Of a DNA stretch of 64,000 bases, positions 44,117-52,740 are shown in pieces. A model generated the notes under the pieces. The model ran no database searches. It had not been told where the DNA came from and saw nothing but the letters and a program-made list of their open reading frames with translations. The DNA lies in contig CAWCNS010000008.1 of the NCBI GenBank assembly GCA_963796965.1, forward strand, positions 288,001-352,000. Reading direction: 5' to 3'. Origin of the DNA: Calditrichia bacterium. Lineage in GTDB: Bacteria; Calditrichota; Calditrichia; JAJRVZ01. Every line of letters starts with the position of its first letter. Position 1 is the first letter of the stretch. Position numbers and translations under genes: made by a program.

Positions 44117-45823
44117 CTATCTATCATATGAAATCTCGCTTTTCTTGACAGTAATATTTCCTTTGTTTTCATTATCAATGTTGAGAATCTTGTAGGTTAC
44201 CGTTGGATCAGGAAGGGTAGTATTAAAAGTTAGGTATCCAAAGGACTGCTTTTCATTATATCCAAAAAGTGCATTTGGCATTAATTCATGGCTGTGTTGA
44301 TTGGTCAAACGGGAACTTTCAAACTCATACAAAGGATAGGAATTTTTATAATCAATCCGCCAGGCATCAGATCTGTGTCGATCGGCAGAGAGGAGTATAA
44401 CACCATCTATTTTATTACCGACCAGAAAATCAAAAATCTCATTCCGCTCATTTCGGAATCCATTCCAGGTATCGCGTGCTTCACCCTTTGAAGCAAAGGT
44501 CCAGGGTACAGGTGAGGCAATAACTTTAAAGGTGGCCTCAGATTGGGACAGAGCATCCAAGAGCCATTTTTTCTGATTTGGTCCCAACATGGTTGGATTA
44601 TCCTCAAATGGATTAGTGCGATAGAATCGTCCATCCAGCATAAAGAAGTCAATATCAGCAATAGAAAAACGGGTCCAGCAACCGGGCCAATCTGTATTCC
44701 CATAGCTGGGATTGATCCAATTCTGTTTAAATACCTCCATCAAAGGCATCTTCCATGCGGGTTTATCTTTATAGGGGCCTAACCAGGTGTCATCAGTCGC
44801 TGCATCATGATCATCCCAAATGGCATAAACCGGCGTTGAAGAAACAAGTCTGCGAAATTCCGGACGGGACTGCCGGCGATAGTAGGTATAATAATGTACC
44901 CCGTTGGGCATCTCCGGCATATTGATGTAAACATTATCTCCGAGGAACAAGAAAGCATCAGGTCCATTATTATTAATGACATCCCACATACGCTCATTCT
45001 CAGGTACATAGCCGGCACCACCGCCGAATCCAATGGTTATCTCAGCCCCCCCTTTTCCCGAGGGATAGGTTTGGAACGACGGATAAGCAGGCGCTAAGGT
45101 GGACTCTCCATCAACTAAAATATCATAGTAGTATAGAGTCTCAGGTTTCAGTTCTGAAACATCGAGAATCGCTGTGTAATCCATACGTTTATTAGTTCTG
45201 ACCACTTCTGATTTAAGTTTTTTTACTGTATCCTTGCTCTGACCTAATAGTACCTGGACATTTGCTTCTCTGGCGGTACGTACCCAGACACTAACCCCGT
45301 CATCTTTCATACGGCCTATCATTGGACCATGAATTAATGCGCGACCTCGCTCCTGTTCTAATTCTTTAAAAGCAGTAATTTGACTTAAAGCCTGTAATTC
45401 TTTTCGAGGACCGGCCTGGAATCTTTCGAATGGTAAACCACGATCAAGCGCTTCATTGACGTTTTTTATAGCCTCATTCTCCTGATTTAGCTGGGCCCGG
45501 GCTATGGCAAGATTGTACAAGGATTCTAGATCATTCGGATCGTCCTCAAGTAATTCCATGCAATAGTCAATAGTTTCCTGCGGGCGGCCTTCGACAATAT
45601 CCAGCATCTGACGCTGGCCACGGCGTTTATAGAATCTTTTATTATGTTCGTAAAAGAAACGCCGGTTCCATTCATTTTCACTGCCATAATAGGGTCTGTC
45701 AGAGCCTTCCAGGTAGGCATCCGGGGGCGCAAACTCCCCCATTTCTTCTTTTCCTAACTCCGTTTCACAATTAAAAAAAATAAATATCATGGGAATGAGT
45801 ACAATAAAATATTTAGATTTCAT
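44117..45823 (-). CDS. phoD: Alkaline phosphatase D family lipoprotein with N-terminal TPR-like region
   Basis: LGDNVY, WDDHD, LDGRFYR, MLGPNQKKWL, SADRH; lipobox FFNC. Confidence 0.8.
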   Translation of the reverse strand: MKSKYFIVLIPMIFIFFNCETELGKEEMGEFAPPDAYLEGSDRPYYGSENEWNRRFFYEHNKRFYKRRGQRQMLDIVEGRPQETIDYCMELLEDDPNDLESLYNLAIARAQLNQENEAIKNVNEALDRGLPFERFQAGPRKELQALSQITAFKELEQERGRALIHGPMIGRMKDDGVSVWVRTAREANVQVLLGQSKDTVKKLKSEVVRTNKRMDYTAILDVSELKPETLYYYDILVDGESTLAPAYPSFQTYPSGKGGAEITIGFGGGAGYVPENERMWDVINNNGPDAFLFLGDNVYINMPEMPNGVHYYTYYRRQSRPEFRRLVSSTPVYAIWDDHDAATDDTWLGPYKDKPAWKMPLMEVFKQNWINPSYGNTDWPGCWTRFSIADIDFFMLDGRFYRTNPFEDNPTMLGPNQKKWLLDALSQSEATFKVIASPVPWTFASKGEARDTWNGFRNERNEIFDFLVGNKIDGVILLSADRHRSDAWRIDYKNSYPLYEFESSRLTNQHSHELMPNALFGYNEKQSFGYLTFNTTLPDPTVTYKILNIDNENKGNITVKKSEISYDR

Positions 45824-45860
45824 TTTTCTCTCATTTCTTATGGTAAACGAATTATTTTTA

Positions 45861-45960
45861 TTAACCACAAAGGACACTAAGAAGACACCAAGATCACAAA
45901 GTTCCTATTATATATTTTTTCTTTGAGAACTTTGTGCTTCCTTTGAGCACTTTGTGGTTA
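45861..45960. repeat. Fold-back element (AACCACAAAG type)
   Basis: TTAACCACAAAGGACACTAAG..ATCACAAAG / CTTTGTGCTTCCTTTGAGCACTTTGTGGTTA. Confidence 0.8.
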
Positions 45961-46026
45961 GGTCTTTAGAATTATTCTATAAAGATTCTAATATTTTATC
46001 CCGCATCACGTATCTCATATCCCAGA

Positions 46027-47733
46027 TCATTTATACTCTCTTCCATCCGGCGGATAGGGAACCTTCGTAATTGTCTGCTTGTGTTTCACTGGCTTATAAT
46101 TATTAGGCCTTTTAACCGTATAGGTAATATCATCTAAATAAACGTCTACATACTTTCCGCCTTTTCGTGGATTCAAAATCCCAAACCGATCAAATGTGGA
46201 ACCGATCTGACGCTGTTCTTTGGTTAGATCAGCCATAAACGAAGTTGTATCCAGGGTAACGGTAATCCGCCCTGCCAACCCTGCCTCCGGATCATACTTA
46301 AAACTAAAGGGACGTTTAATACGATCCGGAATATAAATAGGACCGTGATTTTCAATACTGATATCCTGTCGGGGTGAACAAACCGCTGTAAAATAATAAC
46401 CGGCCTGGGTCTGGTCCATTACTTCCAATCCAAGATATTGATGGGGAGGATTTCCTTTGTACTCACCCTGAACCTCGGCCAATTTTTCCTTTCGGTTAAA
46501 ATATCCCACAAGCATTCGCCCATCAACAGCACCTTCGGGGAAATTGATCATACCTGAAAATTCAATAGGATCTTCAAGGGTTAGTTTCCCTATATCATCA
46601 GCATAATAACCATGCCAGGGATCTTTGACCTCAGTACCCCAAAACCGGCCACCGATCTCCCCGGCAGATTTACCGGCCCAGTTAGTTTGGGAGAAGCCAA
46701 AATTCTGCCGGGCATGGAAGTCGCCCTGAATAAAGGTTTCACGGTTCCCCTCACCGGGCCAGTGGGGATTTTGAGACAAATCAATTTTCTGTTCATTCAC
46801 AACAAGACCAGAGATATAAAACTCCATGCTACCATGGTAGACCTGCATATTATAAATGCCAAAACGGTTAATGATACTTTCATGATCGCTATGGCCCGGA
46901 AGCAAAAAGAAACTGACCGGTGCATAATCATCAAAGTAGAAGGTGATTTTCCCCTTCATGCCTGCCGGATTTCTTTCAATATCCCAGAGATGATAGGAGC
47001 CTTTACGATACCAGTGGTCTATCAAACCGTCATCACGGGCCCTGAGGAGTAAGGCATGAAGATCCTCCCGCTTTAAATTGGGTTCATCCTTTAAGGCCCT
47101 TTCATAGATCTTATCTTCATGAACATTGGACTTCTCAGTGATCCATTTAGGTAACCTCGGATCCGGCCAGGTATCGGCGACCTTTGCCTCAGGATCATAT
47201 TCGAGCTTCCAGTCATGAACTGAGCCATCACAGGGAATTTCAATATCAGGATTGAGGATCGCTCCCCGCGCTTTACCGGTTTTATAATCAAGATGAAATC
47301 TGGATTGGCCGTTTTTAACCTTCCCCATACGGAAGCCAAAAGATGACCAAACCCGCCATCCCTGACGCTCTGCATTAAAAAATCCAATATAGAAACCCTC
47401 GCCCTCTTTTGGTGGGCCAATCAATGCCAATTTACCGGACGCGGATAGTTTATCTTTAAAGGAATAGGGGCCAAGGGGCATGGCATAGTAGGCAGGTGTG
47501 GTGGACTTCCATATTGTACCACCTATTTCACCAGGACCTTGCCCGGTTTTATTGGTAGGATTCCAGCCAAAGTCCTGGGTGATGGTCGGACAATCCGAGC
47601 ATTCGATACGGTTATGATAATTTTCCCACCCCGGATCCTGATCGAAACTTTGATTGATTTGTGTAATCTCCTGGGCTTGTACAGGAACGATTATCAATAT
47701 GGATACGATGGCTAAAAGGGATAGATATTTCAT
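46027..47733 (-). CDS. Secreted hypothetical protein made of two homologous beta-rich repeats
   Basis: DFGWNPTNKTGQGPGEIGGTIW vs NFGFSQTNWAGKSAGEIGGRFW; YDPEA and RFGI each occur twice. Confidence 0.8.
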   Translation of the reverse strand: MKYLSLLAIVSILIIVPVQAQEITQINQSFDQDPGWENYHNRIECSDCPTITQDFGWNPTNKTGQGPGEIGGTIWKSTTPAYYAMPLGPYSFKDKLSASGKLALIGPPKEGEGFYIGFFNAERQGWRVWSSFGFRMGKVKNGQSRFHLDYKTGKARGAILNPDIEIPCDGSVHDWKLEYDPEAKVADTWPDPRLPKWITEKSNVHEDKIYERALKDEPNLKREDLHALLLRARDDGLIDHWYRKGSYHLWDIERNPAGMKGKITFYFDDYAPVSFFLLPGHSDHESIINRFGIYNMQVYHGSMEFYISGLVVNEQKIDLSQNPHWPGEGNRETFIQGDFHARQNFGFSQTNWAGKSAGEIGGRFWGTEVKDPWHGYYADDIGKLTLEDPIEFSGMINFPEGAVDGRMLVGYFNRKEKLAEVQGEYKGNPPHQYLGLEVMDQTQAGYYFTAVCSPRQDISIENHGPIYIPDRIKRPFSFKYDPEAGLAGRITVTLDTTSFMADLTKEQRQIGSTFDRFGILNPRKGGKYVDVYLDDITYTVKRPNNYKPVKHKQTITKVPYPPDGREYK

Positions 47734-47768
47734 AGTTTATTATCCTATTCTGGGTGATGATGGCACAT

Positions 47769-47799
47769 GATATAGTCCATCTCAAAGATGGACTATATC
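47769..47799. repeat. REP-like perfect palindrome
   Basis: GATATAGTCCATCT-CAA-AGATGGACTATATC. Confidence 0.8.
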
Positions 47800-47835
47800 G
47801 CAAAGATACGATCTATTTTAATTATAAATCGACGT

Positions 47836-47935
47836 AGATCCGGGAACAAGTCATCCTTCTAAAGGAATGTCTTCAGCAGAAGGAGAACTTTGGACAGAAT
47901 GACATTCTAGTCATCCCGAATTTGGTTCGGGATCT
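47836..47935. repeat. GTCATCCCGAA/AGATCCCG-type palindromic element
   Basis: AGATCCGGGAACAAG ... GTCATCCCGAATTTGGTTCGGGATCT; related to the inner part of 8166-8412. Confidence 0.55.
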
Positions 47936-47946
47936 CGAGAGCAAGA

Positions 47947-49359
47947 TTAATTCTGTAAGTCAAAACCAAAGATTTGTGCATTTTGAAGTTCAATTTCTAA
48001 ACAAATCGTTTGACCTTGCAAACTTGCGAAATCTCCCTTCCAATTGACTGGAATATCAACATCGTCACCTTTGACATCGATCCAACCAAATCCACTAAGA
48101 GGGGATCCATCAGATTCAATAAGCCGCATGCGCATATTTCCCACAACCTTTGCATTGACCGTCATGGTCTTTCCCTGAATAGAGACTGGCTTGCTGATCA
48201 ACTTGCCCGGAACGATTGAGGCTTCATAGGCAACATATCGGTCACGGGGCATGATGGCCAGACCTATTTGCCGCTCATTAAAACGATCAACCTTATGTCC
48301 ATGGGCATATCCACCATAGTAAACATACGTTTTATCGTCTACGATAATCTGCTCATCACCCCAGACATGGGCATGATCCCAGGTTCCCGGAATCATATTT
48401 CTATCTAAAAATGGCTGATGATCGCGCTGCCAGGTACGTCCATCCCGACTCCAGGCAAGAACTGTATATCCCAACCCAGCAGCCTTACGATTCATATCGC
48501 CCATTTGTTTCCCGGTTTTACCCGGGGTGGCATTAATATCATCCCTCAGAATTTTTACCAAACCAATGAGCAAATCTCCTCGGGTTATAACGCCAGACAT
48601 GGCATAGAACTGGGTCTCACCTTTTTCTATCGGCGCACCTATTTTACCCGTCATGATTGGCCAAGGTTCTTCCCATTTCATCAGGTCTTTACTAACACTT
48701 TGGTGCGGCGTGCGCTGATTATCATTCCATTCATCGTTGCGTTTCCATACAGAAACAATGGCCAGATAGTGCTCACGAATGGGATCCCAATGCATTGAGG
48801 ATATATCATGATTATGCTTCAGGGGTGCCTCGGGTTTGATTGGTTTCCAGTCAAATCCATCCGCAGAAGTGGAAATCATCATTCCATCCGTCATATAGGT
48901 AGCCAAAACATAGCGTTTCGCCGGATCAGTATTAACCATCCCCTGGTCTAAAACTGTGACACCAAATTTTATTTTATGCGGATCTTTTAAAACCCGATGC
49001 GGACGGATCCAGTTGATGCCATCTTCAGATTCGAGATAACCAATATGTGATTGACTTTTATGCTCCGGGGTATTGTACCACATTCGAAATCGATCTGTTT
49101 TATCATCCCTAAGTACAGACATATAGGGCTGGAAATTATCATCACCACCCTTTTTTCCGCTAATGATCGGCTCAGGCAGTTTCTCCGGATTATTTACCGT
49201 CCGGCTTAAAAATGATTTCTCGGCAACCAGATAATCATCAATAAACAGATGCAGCCCTGTTTTTAATACGATTGCTTCATCATTAGTCTTTTGACTACAA
49301 CCTGTAATTATCTGGCCAAGCACCAGAATAAGCGTCAATCCAAATACATATTTTTTCAT
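47947..49359 (-). CDS. GH32-like beta-propeller lipoprotein (fourth paralog)
   Basis: True start probably MKKYVF after AGGAG; lipobox ITGC; HLFIDD, SEDGINW, SRDGRTW, PRDRYV. Confidence 0.8.
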   Translation of the reverse strand: MKKYVFGLTLILVLGQIITGCSQKTNDEAIVLKTGLHLFIDDYLVAEKSFLSRTVNNPEKLPEPIISGKKGGDDNFQPYMSVLRDDKTDRFRMWYNTPEHKSQSHIGYLESEDGINWIRPHRVLKDPHKIKFGVTVLDQGMVNTDPAKRYVLATYMTDGMMISTSADGFDWKPIKPEAPLKHNHDISSMHWDPIREHYLAIVSVWKRNDEWNDNQRTPHQSVSKDLMKWEEPWPIMTGKIGAPIEKGETQFYAMSGVITRGDLLIGLVKILRDDINATPGKTGKQMGDMNRKAAGLGYTVLAWSRDGRTWQRDHQPFLDRNMIPGTWDHAHVWGDEQIIVDDKTYVYYGGYAHGHKVDRFNERQIGLAIMPRDRYVAYEASIVPGKLISKPVSIQGKTMTVNAKVVGNMRMRLIESDGSPLSGFGWIDVKGDDVDIPVNWKGDFASLQGQTICLEIELQNAQIFGFDLQN

Positions 49360-49388
49360 CGTAATTTTTACTCCTATGTAATTTTCTT

Positions 49389-49540
49389 TCTCACGCAGCG
49401 ACGCAACGACGCAGCGATATTTATAAATTTTTATTACATTTATACTCAACAATCTTAAAATTGAAGATTGATCTAATCGATTTATTAAAATATTTATACT
49501 TAAATGTATAATTATATTTTCGTTGCGGCGCTGCGTGAGA
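49389..49540. repeat. Fold-back element with ACGCAGCG periodic arms
   Basis: TCTCACGCAGCGACGCAACGACGCAGCG ... CGTTGCGGCGCTGCGTGAGA around an AT-rich spacer. Confidence 0.8.
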
Positions 49541-49547
49541 GCCATTG

Positions 49548-49578
49548 GATGTAGTCCATCTCTAAGATGGACTACATC
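49548..49578. repeat. GTAG-type REP-like perfect palindrome
   Basis: GATGTAGTCCATCT-CTA-AGATGGACTACATC; contains the stop codon of 49572-50507. Confidence 0.8.
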
Positions 49579-50507
49579 TCAGAAGAGATAAACTTCGTTA
49601 TATCTCCAAAATCAAAGGCCTTCATATCTTCCCTGATTTGTTTTTCTCTGTCTTCTCCCAATCGCGTCAACGGTGGCATCACCGTTGTACCACAAAGTCC
49701 ATATTCTGCGAGCATTACCTTCAACATGGCAATGACCTCACTCAGGACGATATCTTTCTGATGGAAATTAGCAATGGGATCAATCTGCGCCTGTAACTCC
49801 TCACTCCTCTCTCTTCTCTCTTCCCATACAGCGGTATATAGCTCAGAAAAAAGATGCGGTACCAAATTAGCCGTACTTGGAACAATACCATCAAACCCAC
49901 TTTCCAGAGCATACTGTGACTTGACCGTCCAGCCACTCAGAATTGAAAAGTCATCACGCCCAGCAAAGAGCGAAGCCAATTGATCCATCCTTTCTACAGA
50001 ACGTTCAGAATCTTTAAGGCCAACGATGTTTTCATGATGACTGAGTTGCTCAAGAACATCAAGAGGTATGGAAATTTTAGTTGTACCGGGGATATTATAG
50101 ATCATTACCGGTGCAGGCAGCCGGTCAGCGAGCGATTGATAAAATTTCAGAATTTGAATAGGTGTTAATGGATAATAGGGAGGCGGATGACAGACGAAAA
50201 CGTCTACCCCCAGATCGAAATATTGGTGGGCTTGTAATACGGAATTCTCTACACAGGTATCAGATATACCTGCATAGATGGGTGTTCTTTGATCTACAAA
50301 TTCGACAACCCTATCGATAAAAATTTTGCGTAGTTCCTCCGGAATTGATAGGCATTCGCCAGTTGTACCAAGAACAAATGGAATAGTGTTTGCCTTGATG
50401 AGGAAATTGAGAAGTTTCTCAAGAGATTGTGAATCTATATTTGCGGTTTCTTCAAATGGTGTAATCATCGGAATAATAACACCATGATATTTTTTCTGTT
50501 GATTCAT
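49572..50507 (-). CDS. DapA/NanA-family class I aldolase (paralog of 34607-35524)
   Basis: PMITPF, GTTGE, YNIP, KDSER, DGIVPST. Confidence 0.9.
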   Translation of the reverse strand: MNQQKKYHGVIIPMITPFEETANIDSQSLEKLLNFLIKANTIPFVLGTTGECLSIPEELRKIFIDRVVEFVDQRTPIYAGISDTCVENSVLQAHQYFDLGVDVFVCHPPPYYPLTPIQILKFYQSLADRLPAPVMIYNIPGTTKISIPLDVLEQLSHHENIVGLKDSERSVERMDQLASLFAGRDDFSILSGWTVKSQYALESGFDGIVPSTANLVPHLFSELYTAVWEERRERSEELQAQIDPIANFHQKDIVLSEVIAMLKVMLAEYGLCGTTVMPPLTRLGEDREKQIREDMKAFDFGDITKFISSEM

Positions 50508-51011
50508 TAGTATCTCCGAACAGTAATTATTCAAATTCCGACGTTATATGTTCTCAGGATGTATAAATGTCACGAATCACTTGCCCTATCAAATTGTGGA
50601 AACAGATAAATTTACCAGGCTATATTGAGGAAAATTGATTAAATGATGTAAAAAACGAATCTCCATTAATGATAGATAAAAGAGATGTGGATGCTTGCCC
50701 TTGCCCAGATCCAACAATCTACAGGAATAATAAAAAGAGATTGTCCAACAACTTATGTCATCTATTTAGAAGCATTAATGACAGCAAGAATTCGGGTAGA
50801 GTGATATATAAAATCCTCCAACACTTTATTTCAGTTAACTCAGCCAGCACAAAATCTCTGATTGAATGATCATGCAAATATAATTCTGAGAGAATAAAAA
50901 ATAAGAACTATTGGGTTCTAATTTTCTCTCAGAATATCTAAGTCGATTCTATTATTCGCTTTAGATAAATGAACAATTCTCTTTAATATATGACACTGAC
51001 ATCGAACGCCG

Positions 51012-52573
51012 TTACTGAATCTGCCCATCAGCATCGACCTTCAGAATATACATATCAGAAGATCGGCTAAAACTTCTGGTTCCACCACTAATGATATATC
51101 CGTTGGGGGTATCTTCACGTACACAGGAAGCACCATCCCCACCATTTCCACCATAGTTTTCCTGCCAGAGCAATGTACCGGAATTATCGGTTTTTACAAT
51201 GTAGACATCTTCACCTTCATTAGCACTGAAGCTTTTTGAATTGCCAACGACCAAATATCCCTGATCGCTGGTACTAATAATTGATGAGCCGCCATCATTT
51301 CTGTCACCACCATAGGATTTCGCCCACTCTTCAATTCCGGCTGAATTAGTTTTAACCACATAAAGATCCTGGGCATTTATAACCGTATAGCCGGTCATAA
51401 CATAGCCACCATCATTAGATATGATCACATCTTTGGCCTCATCCCAGTCAGCACCGCCATAGGTATTCGTCCATTCCTCGTTTCCATCCGCATCGGTTTT
51501 TACCAGATAAAAATCAAAGCTCGCCGTGCCCTGAGACCCTGCAAACACATATCCACCGTCTGCCGTCTGTTTGACACCATGTGCATTCTCTCCTTCATAC
51601 GCGCCAGGTATTTTAGAGCCATAATTTTTTAACCATTCCTGACTAAAACTGCCATCAAGTTTAAGTAGCAAGGCATCGATAAAATCACCTTCTGTTGCCG
51701 TATTCTCTGTTTTTCCGGCCACAATATAACCACCGTCATTCGTCTTCTCAATAGCATAAGCGTAGTCTACTAATGTACCCCCATAGGTCGACCAGTTTTC
51801 CAGAATCCCGTTAGCATCTGTTTTTACAACATAAACTTTATTTGATGTAAGGTCAGAAGTGGCAGATCCACCGGCGGCAACAAATCCACCATCATCAGCG
51901 ATCACCACACTGCTAAATCCGGAAGTACCGGCACCTGGATATTTTTCTGTCCATTGAACATTCCCATAGCGGTCCAGAAGTGTGAGTGTAGCAACATTCC
52001 ATCCCAAGGCCAGCATCAAATGTACTGCCGGCGACAATAAATCCGCCATTATGTGTAATTCTAACAGATGAAGCGCCATCACTTTCCTGACTCCCTATTA
52101 TACGCTCAAAGGTAATGGAGGCACCAGAAGATTCCGTACCTCCTGCTAGAAGATCATAATAATCCGGACTCGTTTTGGCATTACTTTCAATTTTCACCTT
52201 CGCGGAGAACATACCACTCGACTGTGGATTAAAGTTTATGCCGATTATAGTTGATTCGATCTCACCTAATTCAATAGCCCCGGAGTCAACCACAGTGAAC
52301 AATTCCGTATCTGTTCCATCTAAAACTAATTGAGGTATCAATAATTTCTGATCACCGCTATTACTTATTTTAAATTCTCGATAAGTTCCCTGTCCGGCAG
52401 GAATCTGGCCAAAGTAAAGTTCTGGCTGTGGTGACACGACTACCTTGGGTCCTTCCGTTGTTGGTTCTGTGGATTCATTGTCAGATGAACACCCAATAAT
52501 ATGAAAGATTAAAGACGAGCAATATGAGTAAACCAGAATTCAGGCAAAATCTAAAATTTTGCGAAATTTTCAT
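51012..52573 (-). CDS. Lipoprotein with an Ig-like (ASH) domain and beta-propeller repeats (frameshifted)
   Basis: IIGCSSDNE lipobox region; ISNSGD..FNP Ig-like domain; repeats of TxDGGY..YxVKTDxxG..W..YGG. Confidence 0.75.
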
Positions 52574-52672
52574 GTATAGAGACTCCTTTTTGATCAAATG
52601 ATTTAACCAGGTATATTTTATGCTCATTTAGATAATATAGTTCCTGATTTATACACCAACATGATCAAATCA

Positions 52673-52703
52673 AAGACAGCGCAGCAATTCGCTGCGCTGT
52701 CTT
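52673..52703 (-). terminator. Strong stem-loop after the TonB receptor gene
   Basis: Perfect 13-bp stem AAGACAGCGCAGC/GCTGCGCTGTCTT with a 5-nt loop. Confidence 0.7.
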
Positions 52704-52740
52704 ATTCTTATTTAACTATGGAAGACCAATATCACCAATC

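Noticed and set aside
34607..50507. Naming the aldolases dapA or nanA
   Set aside because: There is no lysine-pathway or nanE/nanK context, and specificity cannot be read from the sequence.
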